Source: a virus (lineage: Duplodnaviria; Caudoviricetes). Taken from it: a DNA stretch of 64,000 nucleotides. The stretch spans positions 1 through 64,000 of IMG/VR virus record IMGVR_UViG_3300028888_000006, one strand, 5' to 3'. A model generated the notes under the pieces. That model did not search any database, was not told where the DNA came from, and worked only from the letters and a program-made list of their open reading frames with translations. The position numbers and the translations under genes were made by a program. Shown here one piece after another: positions 43,841 through 52,606 of this stretch. Numbering within the stretch: the first letter of the stretch is position 1; every line of letters starts with the position of its first letter.

Positions 43841-45373
43841 TTAAGCCTGAAGGATAGCGGGGATGAGGGAGACGCAACGGGTCGGATCGAGAATGATCAG
43901 ACCGAGCGTAGCCTTGTAATGGACTACCGCGGAATCCTCGTCGTAGGAAGCGAAGTTGTTGTTCGTCTCGCCGGTGAACGGATTGGCGAACGGGCCCCAC
44001 TGATAACCACGAAGTTCCGGCATGCCCTTCACCACGCACTTCTGCACATTCGGCTGGTCCTCGTCACCGGCATAGAAGATGTCGTAACGATAGGACTCGG
44101 CGGTACCGCCCAGCGGGTGCATGATCTTGTTGGTCTGGGTGTCATCCTTGGAGGAATCGATCATGATGGTGACCTCAAGACCGTTGGAAGAAACCCACTT
44201 CGTGACCTGAAGGTCGGCGATGGTAGCGGCGTTGCCGTTTGTGAAGTTGGTCTCCGGGCCCTTGGTGATGTAGGACGGGGCGGAAGCAGAATAGATAGGC
44301 ATCCAGCCAGACATCTCACGCTTCGCAGCCTTGGAGAACTGATCGGCACCATGCTCACCGGTACGAACGACGAACTTGCGGTTCTTAAAGTCCAGACGAC
44401 CAGCGGAAAGACCCATCAGAGCATCCGTCATGAGGTCGATGGAGAACTTGTTGTAATACATTATGTTACCCTGAGCCTGCTGCTGGCGGAATCCGAAGCC
44501 CTGCTCATTGGGCAGACCGGAGATACCGAAGTTGGAAATCTCGCCATTCTCGAAGCGGGTGGAGACACCGCGATCGAGGGCGTTGTTCTTGTACTCGGCC
44601 CAGGTCTTCTCGATTTCCCAAGTCACGTTGTAAATCCAGCGATCAACAGTGGTGCGCTGAATCTTGCCGTTGACTTCCTTGGTGATAGGGATGCGGCAGG
44701 CGAGACGCTTACCGAGTTCACGACCACCGATCTTGTGCTGGAGACGGACGCGGCTCCAACCCTGACGCATGGAAACGGGGGCGGAGAAGCGGACATCACC
44801 GACCTTGCGGGAGAAATCCTTCTCGATAGGAGCGTAAGCCCAGCTGAAGCGCTCACCGGCAAGCAGACGCTCGACGGGAATACCGTTGGCCATGTGAGCA
44901 CCGAACGGCTCGACAAGATAAACGGTGTTGGTGCCTTCGGCGTGACCAGCCTCCTTCACGATAACGGGATAATCCTCGTTGTAGTTGCCCCACAGGACTT
45001 CGCCGAGAGCAAACCAGTCGGTCTGGAAAACGAGATAGAAAGGTTCGAAGCCGACGCCGACATTGTCAGTGCTGATGTTCGGATCGACCTTGGTGCCGTC
45101 ACAACGACGGGCTTCGACGAGCGGGATAGCCCGGCGGGAGTTAGACGCGATGTTCCAGAAAAGATCGGAGTCGTCGTCATACTGACGCACGGGAACCTCG
45201 CGGGACAGATAGGTGTCGAGAGTCGGAAGCTGCATCTGACTCATGAGGACAACCATGATGTCACTGGCCATCTGAGGATTGGAACGGAAGATGTTATAAA
45301 GGTGATTGTCCTTCGTAACAGTTCCGCGCCAAGCGGTGATACCAGTCATAGCGTTTGTTAAGGGTCCTGGCAT
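43841..45373 (-). CDS. major capsid protein
   Basis: 510 aa; W.G..T.DNHL N-terminus, TGEHGA..F, HPLGG.AESYRYDI and C-terminal DPT....LIP.IL; high-expression codon bias. Confidence 0.92.
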   Translation of the reverse strand: MPGPLTNAMTGITAWRGTVTKDNHLYNIFRSNPQMASDIMVVLMSQMQLPTLDTYLSREVPVRQYDDDSDLFWNIASNSRRAIPLVEARRCDGTKVDPNISTDNVGVGFEPFYLVFQTDWFALGEVLWGNYNEDYPVIVKEAGHAEGTNTVYLVEPFGAHMANGIPVERLLAGERFSWAYAPIEKDFSRKVGDVRFSAPVSMRQGWSRVRLQHKIGGRELGKRLACRIPITKEVNGKIQRTTVDRWIYNVTWEIEKTWAEYKNNALDRGVSTRFENGEISNFGISGLPNEQGFGFRQQQAQGNIMYYNKFSIDLMTDALMGLSAGRLDFKNRKFVVRTGEHGADQFSKAAKREMSGWMPIYSASAPSYITKGPETNFTNGNAATIADLQVTKWVSSNGLEVTIMIDSSKDDTQTNKIMHPLGGTAESYRYDIFYAGDEDQPNVQKCVVKGMPELRGYQWGPFANPFTGETNNNFASYDEDSAVVHYKATLGLIILDPTRCVSLIPAILQA

Positions 45374-45423
45374 AATGCTATAAAGTTTGGTTAAACAAAA
45401 GTTTTTCTAATGGCCTCCGGCTT

Positions 45424-46554
45424 CTATCCCATGTCCACTTTCCATCCACCATCCAGCAGGTTCTCATTGCTGATACCCGTGCCGGACATGTACTTCAGTG
45501 AACCATCGGAATCGAAAGCCGAAGAGTTAATCTTTCTTTCAAGTTCACGGATGCCCTTGTTCTTCTCGGCGATTACCTGCTGTTTGGACAGACCGCTGAA
45601 ATCCTTTCCGCCGTTGGTCAGGACGAACCACATCCCGATCTGCTTGAGGAATTCCATCGGATTCTCCTTCTGGAACTTCTGAACCTGCGTGAGCAACTGA
45701 CCCGTATCAGGGTCCTTGTACACCGGTTTAGATACAGCATCGAAAACGCTCTGTCGCGTCTTCTTGTCCAGTTTGGTTTCGCCAAGAACAATGTCATCTT
45801 CAAGAATCATCTTACGGAATTTCGCCTCATCCTGCTGACGAGCCTTCTTCATGTTCTCGGTCCGTTCCTTCGCATCCTTCTGGATCTTGTCATATCCATT
45901 CTGATAGAAGGTACGCAGAGCCTCCAGAGCATCTTTCGCATCCTCGATATCGCTTCCGGACTTGAAGGACTTCTCCACTTCCTTCGTTGCCTTTTCCTGC
46001 GAATAGCCACGGTTGAGAAGGTCGTTGAAGATAAGCTCCTTCCGCAGGTTCTCTCCCTGTTCGCCCTCGTCGGAAATCGCTTCGTCATTCACGGAGCCGA
46101 GATAGGCGAGCGTCTGCTCGTACATTTTCACCGTATCAGGGGCAATTCCGTTTCCAAGAGCCTGGTCAATCCTTCTCTGCCGCTCGTCCATCTTTGACTG
46201 AATGGCCTTTTCGAAGAGTTCGCCGAATGCTTCCGGCGTAGTGACCGCTGATAATTCTTCGTCGCTGAACTCGGGAAAGATGCCATCATTCTTCAGAGCA
46301 GTGGCTATGGAAGAATAGATGGATGGAGAAGAACCATCACCCTGGGGACTGATGGCATTTTCCTCGTGTTCCTCTTCCTGACCTACTTTCTCCGAAGAAC
46401 TTTCGTTCTCCTCGGTCGGCGTTTCTTTCTGTTCCTGTTCTTCCTCCGCAGGTTCTTCATTCATTTCCTGCAAAGGTTTCGTCTCATCAAAGAGCTTCTC
46501 GGCTTCCTCCGGAGAGAGAAGTCCGCTTGAAAAATCAAAACTAAATTCTTCCAT
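45424..46554 (-). CDS. acidic scaffold-like protein upstream of the MCP
   Basis: Highly acidic N-terminus and coiled-coil; conserved position; ATG 46554 after AGGAG. Confidence 0.7.
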   Translation of the reverse strand: MEEFSFDFSSGLLSPEEAEKLFDETKPLQEMNEEPAEEEQEQKETPTEENESSSEKVGQEEEHEENAISPQGDGSSPSIYSSIATALKNDGIFPEFSDEELSAVTTPEAFGELFEKAIQSKMDERQRRIDQALGNGIAPDTVKMYEQTLAYLGSVNDEAISDEGEQGENLRKELIFNDLLNRGYSQEKATKEVEKSFKSGSDIEDAKDALEALRTFYQNGYDKIQKDAKERTENMKKARQQDEAKFRKMILEDDIVLGETKLDKKTRQSVFDAVSKPVYKDPDTGQLLTQVQKFQKENPMEFLKQIGMWFVLTNGGKDFSGLSKQQVIAEKNKGIRELERKINSSAFDSDGSLKYMSGTGISNENLLDGGWKVDMG

Positions 46555-46575
46555 TTTTTCTCCTTTTGGTTTGCA

Positions 46576-46583
46576 CAAATTTA
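46576..46583 (-). promoter_or_regulatory. -7 promoter element (TAAATTTG) for the capsid operon
   Basis: TAnnTTTG 22 nt upstream of the ATG. Confidence 0.55.
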
Positions 46584-46600
46584 TCGAAAGGCGATAATGA

Positions 46601-46635
46601 AATTACCGCCATAAGCGATTTGCTTGGCGGTAATT
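46601..46635. terminator. inverted repeat / probable terminator
   Basis: AATTACCGCCA...TGGCGGTAATT perfect 11-bp arms. Confidence 0.55.
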
Positions 46636-46665
46636 AAGAATGTTATTTATTGTAAAATGAACCAG

Positions 46666-47049
46666 TTACATCCGAACGATTTCGACGGTTATTCCATGAA
46701 CAGCCTGCATCAGTTTCCATTTCAGTCGAAATCCCTCAGTCAATGGAGCCGTTTTCCCTTTGACATCAACCACATGTTCCTTGCCTGTTTTCGTCTCAAC
46801 ATACACAAAATCAGCAAGATAGTGAGTCGCCTTCTGAATAGAATACTTGACCTGCTTGGTCTTCGTCTTCAGCTGGACGGTCCGTTCTCCCCACACGGCA
46901 GGAATAATTTCGTACGGCACCTGCATACGGAGATTGGATATCTCACCGTTCTCCTGTAACTGTTTCAGATACAAGTAATAATTGCCTTCCTTAGTAGAGA
47001 TGAACTTAATCCCGTCATAGACGACGGGTTTGTTATGATACTTCGACAT
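46666..47049 (-). CDS. DUF1064-like PD-(D/E)XK nuclease
   Basis: SKYHNK...DGIKF.S.KE...L.MQV.YE...YLADFVY...VVDVKG. Confidence 0.85.
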   Translation of the reverse strand: MSKYHNKPVVYDGIKFISTKEGNYYLYLKQLQENGEISNLRMQVPYEIIPAVWGERTVQLKTKTKQVKYSIQKATHYLADFVYVETKTGKEHVVDVKGKTAPLTEGFRLKWKLMQAVHGITVEIVRM

Positions 47050-47063
47050 CTATCTTATTCAAA

Positions 47064-47510
47064 TTATTTGATGATTTTTAGAATAGGCAACCAGTATTTT
47101 CTAAATATCCATAGAAGGCTTAGAATAAGACCAGCAAGAAGCCACCAGAAAGAGTTAATCTTCATCTTCTGACCGATTGTCAACTCACGCTCGATCTTTT
47201 TCTCTACAGTAGTTGTATCATGGACTTCGCGAATGCTTATGCTGTCACGCCATCTATCCCTGAACACATATCTGTCCTTGTACTTCTCGACATAGACCGT
47301 ATCGCCTTTCAACCATTCACGGATGTAAATAGAATCGCGTGTAATCAGCGTATCACGATGATGGACATCTTGATAGACATACTCTACCTTTATCTTTTCT
47401 GCGATCTCAGGGGAACAACCGGGGAGAGCCTGAAACGAACACAATAAAATAAACACTAATAAAATACTAATGCCTCTCCCCGGCTTCCCTAAGTGCAGGC
47501 TATTGTCCAT
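47064..47510 (-). CDS. lipoprotein with C-terminal TM (spanin-like)
   Basis: Hydrophobic signal plus Cys (LPGC), RDT/RDS beta repeats and C-terminal TM; downstream of the endolysin. Confidence 0.6.
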   Translation of the reverse strand: MDNSLHLGKPGRGISILLVFILLCSFQALPGCSPEIAEKIKVEYVYQDVHHRDTLITRDSIYIREWLKGDTVYVEKYKDRYVFRDRWRDSISIREVHDTTTVEKKIERELTIGQKMKINSFWWLLAGLILSLLWIFRKYWLPILKIIK

Positions 47511-47611
47511 CCTTCAAAACCTAAATTGACAGATGCGAATTCGTACGCGGCGGCATAATCTTCGTATGGCCCGAAACACCTCTCATCACTTGTAATCACC
47601 CAGTAGTTCAT
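47489..47611 (-). CDS. small hypothetical protein (40 aa) in the lysis cassette
   Basis: Hand-translated MNYWVITSDERCFGPY...; ATGA-coupled to the endolysin stop. Confidence 0.35.
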   Translation of the reverse strand: MNYWVITSDERCFGPYEDYAAAYEFASVNLGFEGWTIACT

Positions 47612-48054
47612 GCTCTGAATCCGTAAACCTTCTGTTTCACACCATACTGAGGCAACACATCAAAGTGAAGCCAACTGACGCCTTCCTCGACGCGAACATT
47701 GCACGGAAGGAGACTCGCTTTTTCCTTGATCTTCATTCTCGCCTGCTCCGCAGTCATTCCGGTAATGTCGAAATCACCAGCCTTTCCAAGACAGTGAGCG
47801 GAAAGATAGACGCCAGACTTACCACGCACGACAGAACACCGATTGCACCGGAGACCACGCTCGGTCTTCCCCTTCCCGTTGCACCACATGGGGCGCTGGA
47901 GGATGTCCCGCCGGATAATCAGCAAGCAGTGCAGGAAATCGGTGTCCAGGAATTGCCAAGAAGCCTGTCCCCACTTCGCAAGCGTGTGAGGACAGACGAG
48001 TTCATCAATGTCAAAGTACGGCCTGATCGCTAAAAGTATCTCGTTGCGAGTCAT
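47608..48054 (-). CDS. peptidase M15-family endolysin
   Basis: RGLRC...SAHCLGKAGDF (SxHxxxxAxD) and WLHFD Zn ligands. Confidence 0.88.
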   Translation of the reverse strand: MTRNEILLAIRPYFDIDELVCPHTLAKWGQASWQFLDTDFLHCLLIIRRDILQRPMWCNGKGKTERGLRCNRCSVVRGKSGVYLSAHCLGKAGDFDITGMTAEQARMKIKEKASLLPCNVRVEEGVSWLHFDVLPQYGVKQKVYGFRA

Positions 48055-48500
48055 TCAGATACCTCCTTCACAAACTGGCCCTTGTCATTGCGGGCCTGAT
48101 TGGATGCATTGATGCTTCTCCGGCTCGGGACCACATCGGGGCGAATCTCGCGGACTGCATCACGAAGTTCTTCATTTTCTTTCCGCAACCGGCTGTTCTC
48201 ATCGCGGAGCTCCGCCACCTCTTTTTTTAACGCTTCGTTTTCATCCTTGACCGCAGAAACATCATCGCGCAAGTCCTTGATATCGTCCTTCAGGCTGTTG
48301 ATTGTAGACTGATAGACTTCATCAATCATCTTGCGTATGTTCTCGATCTGGGCATTCTTGGCCTCCTCGACTGTCTTGTCGGCTTCGGCTTTGCCCTGTT
48401 TGACGCGTGACTTCACCGTCAGTATCCTGACGAGCCAGCCACCAGCAATGATGACGGCTATGATGTCAACGATAATTCTAAAAATGTCCAACTTTTCCAT
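48051..48500 (-). CDS. holin-like membrane protein with coiled coil
   Basis: One N-terminal TM and a long heptad region; coupled to the endolysin. Confidence 0.6.
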   Translation of the reverse strand: MEKLDIFRIIVDIIAVIIAGGWLVRILTVKSRVKQGKAEADKTVEEAKNAQIENIRKMIDEVYQSTINSLKDDIKDLRDDVSAVKDENEALKKEVAELRDENSRLRKENEELRDAVREIRPDVVPSRRSINASNQARNDKGQFVKEVSE

Positions 48501-48517
48501 ATAGAATAGTTTTAATG

Positions 48518-48934
48518 TTATTCCTCAAGAACACCGCAGTCGACAAGGATTGCGATCTGCTCAAGATTGATTTCCTCGCCCGGGATAGAAGCGACGAACT
48601 TGTCCATTTCCACGGGCTTGATTGACGCTTCCATTTCCGTCTCATCTATCTTCTGAAGAATAAGATTGGTTTCATCAACAGCCTTGAGATAATCGTCATG
48701 GCCTTCGACGGGCTGCTTTTTCTTGCGAAGTTCAATTACGGCATTGCGTTCTTCCTTCCAGTCTTCCTGAAACTTCATGACAAGTTCCTGCTTGTCAGCC
48801 TCAACATCCTTGACAATCTTACGGAGTGCAAGATAACTCATAAGGATGCCGCTCTTGATGTCAGAATCGGAAATCTTGCACAGCTTGATACCGGCAAGAA
48901 TGTCAACGAGTGTTTTGATTTCAAAATACTTCAT
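48518..48934 (-). CDS. hypothetical helical protein (possible fibre chaperone)
   Basis: ORF track; follows the fibre genes. Confidence 0.6.
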   Translation of the reverse strand: MKYFEIKTLVDILAGIKLCKISDSDIKSGILMSYLALRKIVKDVEADKQELVMKFQEDWKEERNAVIELRKKKQPVEGHDDYLKAVDETNLILQKIDETEMEASIKPVEMDKFVASIPGEEINLEQIAILVDCGVLEE

Positions 48935-48939
48935 ATAAC

Positions 48940-49149
48940 TTATTTTATTCCACCATTTTCCTTTATGGTCTTTTCGATAGACTTTGCAGCGCGATAAATC
49001 GCGTAGCCGTTAGCAACGAAAAGAAGACCGGCAATGACATCGAGAACATGTTTTGTTTCAACACTCCAAACTGCGGCGCAAGTAACGGCAGTCATAAGGC
49101 CGTAAATAAACAGAGCTCCTACGAGCAAAAACATTTTAGATGATTTCAT
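48940..49149 (-). CDS. small two-TM protein (holin candidate)
   Basis: Two hydrophobic helices and a charged C-terminus. Confidence 0.55.
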   Translation of the reverse strand: MKSSKMFLLVGALFIYGLMTAVTCAAVWSVETKHVLDVIAGLLFVANGYAIYRAAKSIEKTIKENGGIK

Positions 49150-49160
49150 ATCTCAGATAA

Positions 49161-50450
49161 TTAACTTGCGGTAAATGTGAATGTACCAATTCTTTGATTA
49201 TTACCAGGAGTTGCAGTAACATCAAGTAATATCGTATAACTCTGGCCGCTAACAAACGAAGGGATATTTTCGAAATCATTACCTTCTCCACAAGTCATCG
49301 TTACAGATACAGTAGAATCATTTGTAGGAACCAAGACATTCTTTTGACAGGAATCTGTCGCAGAGCCTCCAACAAGAATACTTGCCGTAAGAACACCAGA
49401 ACCTCTTTCTGTGGTTCCAAGGCGTTCTACACTGAATGTTGCCGTCACAACATTATTGCTGCAAGACGCACCGGTAGGAGCAAGAACAAGACCCGTAACG
49501 CTGGTAATAAGATTCACATTCACTCCAATGGCGCCAGGCAAGGCAATAGGAGTATAGCTGGAAAGTATACTGTCAGAGCAGTCAATCCAATACTGAGAAA
49601 GATCCTGCGTACCAAGTCTGTCAAGAGCAATGCCGCTAGAAGATGAAGACCTGAGAAGGACGATTGTTGCAGTAAGACCAGTCTGCGCACTTGTCCAAGG
49701 AGAAGCTGTCGGATGATTACTATAAACCAATTTGGTCATATCAACCATCCATGTTCCGCTCGTATAGGAATTCTGATAATACAAAGGGCGAGGAGCATGA
49801 TTGGGATCATCTTCGAAACCAAGAGCGGTAATATATCCGTCAATGATTATGCACGGATACATTTCGGCCAACGCCGCCTGCTTATTCTCGCTGGCAATCA
49901 GAATATCAGACAAGTCGACACCGGTTTGATTTGATTCGGAATATCCGACTGTGATCCCGGTAATCCCGTTTACGGAATCATAGTAACCAGTAATAGTCCC
50001 AGCAGAATTAAAGGAGGCGTAAGGATTAGGAACGGCATTAGAACTGTATCCGTCCCAGTCATGAAAACGGAATGCTTCTCCCTGAGAAAAGCCACGAGGC
50101 GGAAGATATGTGAAATCAGAATCGTGGATATTATCCCAAGTAGCGGTGTCTTGCGTAATTTGTACATCAGACAACTGAAGTCCGTAATAGATACCGGCAT
50201 TATTGTCTATTACAGTTCCTTTGCGCATTGCATCAGTAAGAATACCAAGATATGGGACCTTTGTGTTTCCGCTCATGGTATAATACCGAATAGGCTTATA
50301 CTTTGCCCACTTGTTTATATTGGAACTCCGTTCAAGATTCCCGATATCATTGCTGTTGTCGGGCAGAACAACCTGTGCGTCATTGATACTGATACCGGTA
50401 TCCGGATTGGTACTGGTATCGATATATATCCGTGTTGATGTATGTGCCAT
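49161..50450 (-). CDS. putative fibre / receptor-binding structural protein
   Basis: NINKWAKYKP and P.G....FRFHDWDGY motifs seen in Bacteroidales phage tail proteins; Ser/Thr beta-rich. Confidence 0.65.
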   Translation of the reverse strand: MAHTSTRIYIDTSTNPDTGISINDAQVVLPDNSNDIGNLERSSNINKWAKYKPIRYYTMSGNTKVPYLGILTDAMRKGTVIDNNAGIYYGLQLSDVQITQDTATWDNIHDSDFTYLPPRGFSQGEAFRFHDWDGYSSNAVPNPYASFNSAGTITGYYDSVNGITGITVGYSESNQTGVDLSDILIASENKQAALAEMYPCIIIDGYITALGFEDDPNHAPRPLYYQNSYTSGTWMVDMTKLVYSNHPTASPWTSAQTGLTATIVLLRSSSSSGIALDRLGTQDLSQYWIDCSDSILSSYTPIALPGAIGVNVNLITSVTGLVLAPTGASCSNNVVTATFSVERLGTTERGSGVLTASILVGGSATDSCQKNVLVPTNDSTVSVTMTCGEGNDFENIPSFVSGQSYTILLDVTATPGNNQRIGTFTFTAS

Positions 50451-50472
50451 AGTTATTCGTCCTTTATGTTAA

Positions 50473-52599
50473 TTACTGAGTTCCACCAGCCGCAATCCAA
50501 CCGTCGGCATACAGATTACCATTGACGTGCAGGGCGCCATTGTCGTATGTGAGCGTAACGCCGCCAATTGTAACGCTTGTAGAGAAATCTGCATCAACGC
50601 CATAGACATCAGAGAATCGCTTCGAAGAACTACCAAGCGCGGAGGTATTGTTAGATGCCGGTAACAGATCTACGGAACTAAGCGTAACATCGTTGGTAGA
50701 GAAAGTCTTTGCGCCGGTAATGGTCTGCGTTGTTCCCTTCGTAACGTATATATCTGAAAGGTTCTTGATGAAATGACCTATAGTACCGCTGGAATAAGAC
50801 GCGCTGTCATCATATCCAATATGGGCTGCATTAGTAGGGATATTGAAACTTGCAGTCCCAGAGGCGGGATTGTAATTCCCAGCAGTGAACGCACCGGCGG
50901 CAAGAGAAAGCTGATAAATATCGATATCAACATTCCCGGATGTACCAATCGACGTCCCGTTTACGGAAACGCCGGTAATTGTGCCAATGTTACTCGTCTT
51001 CGAATTCCAATTGGAAATATCAGATGAGGTTATACCATAAGCGGCATCATCATCAGTCATGACAGTGCCAAGATCAACAAGACCAGAAGAACCGACAACT
51101 GCACCATTCATCCTGATACCAGTTATCGTTCCTACATTTGAAGTCTTGCTGTTCCAGTTAGTAATATCAGACGATGTAATTCCATAAGCGGCAGAAGCTG
51201 CAAATACAGGATCCGTTTCAACTGAAGGAGTATCACCTCCGCCAACAGGGGCGATAATATCGTAAGACGTTCCGCCAGTTCCACCAATTCTGATAGTGGC
51301 AACACGAACGCCCTGAGAAGCAGGGAGAAGATTGCTGATTTCAACGGAACCGCCAGCTGCATTCCATCTCGAAATATCGCTCGTGGTAATGCCATACGCG
51401 GGGCTCGCGGTAAAAATCGGATCGGTTTCAGAGACGGGTCCACTTCCCGCAACCGAAAGCACGCCATTGGTAATGCTTAATCCACTACCTACGATAATGC
51501 CACCCGGAGTAGAAGTTGTTGCATACTTAAGCGATATCTGCCCACTTGTAATATCAATACCAGCGCCAGGAGTATAAGAACCGCCACCTCCACCAGAGCC
51601 ACCAGAACCTATACCGCCAGCAGCGATCCATCCATCGGCATATAAGTTCCCGTGGAAATACCATGCTCCATATTCTTCTTTCCATTCGACCTTAGAAGTA
51701 GAACTTGTAAGCTGGAATGATTTAACGCCAGTAAGGTCCTGAGCTTCAGAGGTGGTGCGAACAGGCGTGGTTCCGATATAGCCAGAAACACCACCACCGC
51801 CTCCACCCGTAACAAGTTTAGCTACCCACTTGGAGGCGGAAGAACTATAGACGAGACTATCTCCATCCTGAACGGCGCTACCATCAGCACGAAGAACTTT
51901 CTGGCCGTCATTCTTGACGTCAAGAAGCTGACGGAGATAGCTCGAGCCGCTGGGACCAGTACCTCCGGGAACAATAACATACGCTCTTCCTTCGCCATCA
52001 AGTCGAACAGCATAGTCATTACTACCGGTTTCCTGATAGCCAAGAAGAATACCTCCAAGTCTATCAGATGTGGCAGGCTGAAGATTGAATGTACTCGTAA
52101 CAGACAGTGTACCATCAGGTAATATATCGAGACCGCCGCCAACACGGATACCCCCTAGACGAGAAGCCGTAGCGGTAGGCAGTTCGTACTGAGAAGAATC
52201 ACCGGGATCACCTTTTGGACCTTGTGGCCCAGTAGGACCAGCAGGACCCTGAGGACCAGTAGCGCCGGTAGCACCAGTGGCTCCGGTGGCGCCAGTAGCA
52301 CCAGTATTACCTTTTTCTCCCTTCAGTGATGCAAGGAAGTCGGCCTCGGTTCCAGTATGGCCTTCGTCAAGCCAAATCTGATAAGCGGATTTGCCATCCT
52401 GCCCGGATGCGATATCATCAGGAAGATAGTCATGGATGAGCTTCCGAACACCAATCTTCTTGTTGATGCCCTCCTGAACGATGGCAACTATCTCGTCACC
52501 GTCTAGTTCGTGAGCAACAGGAAGGTCCGTGTCGCGAACTCCCATTGTGGCAAGCTGCTTGCGGATTTCCTCAATCTGTGCTTTGGTAAAGTATTTCAT
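50473..52599 (-). CDS. trimeric fibre protein with collagen-like and head-fibre repeats
   Basis: N-terminal FTKAQIEEIRKQL...VRDTDLP; (Gxy)n tract; AT..RLGGI..G repeats; ETDP.F.AS.AYGIT.SDI..WN repeats. Confidence 0.85.
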   Translation of the reverse strand: MKYFTKAQIEEIRKQLATMGVRDTDLPVAHELDGDEIVAIVQEGINKKIGVRKLIHDYLPDDIASGQDGKSAYQIWLDEGHTGTEADFLASLKGEKGNTGATGATGATGATGATGPQGPAGPTGPQGPKGDPGDSSQYELPTATASRLGGIRVGGGLDILPDGTLSVTSTFNLQPATSDRLGGILLGYQETGSNDYAVRLDGEGRAYVIVPGGTGPSGSSYLRQLLDVKNDGQKVLRADGSAVQDGDSLVYSSSASKWVAKLVTGGGGGGVSGYIGTTPVRTTSEAQDLTGVKSFQLTSSTSKVEWKEEYGAWYFHGNLYADGWIAAGGIGSGGSGGGGGSYTPGAGIDITSGQISLKYATTSTPGGIIVGSGLSITNGVLSVAGSGPVSETDPIFTASPAYGITTSDISRWNAAGGSVEISNLLPASQGVRVATIRIGGTGGTSYDIIAPVGGGDTPSVETDPVFAASAAYGITSSDITNWNSKTSNVGTITGIRMNGAVVGSSGLVDLGTVMTDDDAAYGITSSDISNWNSKTSNIGTITGVSVNGTSIGTSGNVDIDIYQLSLAAGAFTAGNYNPASGTASFNIPTNAAHIGYDDSASYSSGTIGHFIKNLSDIYVTKGTTQTITGAKTFSTNDVTLSSVDLLPASNNTSALGSSSKRFSDVYGVDADFSTSVTIGGVTLTYDNGALHVNGNLYADGWIAAGGTQ

Positions 52600-52606
52600 A
52601 TCTTAT

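Noticed and set aside
43742-45361. 539-aa plus-strand ORF and other long antisense ORFs (e.g. 41154-42221, 12579-13781, 53840-54832)
   Set aside because: Shadow ORFs opposite strongly codon-biased real genes; no motifs or initiation signals.
50480-51655. Diversity-generating retroelement TR/VR pair from the duplicated GNLYADGWIAAGG
   Set aside because: Differences are mostly synonymous and not adenine-specific, both copies are coding in one gene, and there is no reverse transcriptase in the window.
52205-52325. 9-bp periodic tandem repeat
   Set aside because: Explained by the collagen-like Gly-X-Y coding tract of the fibre.
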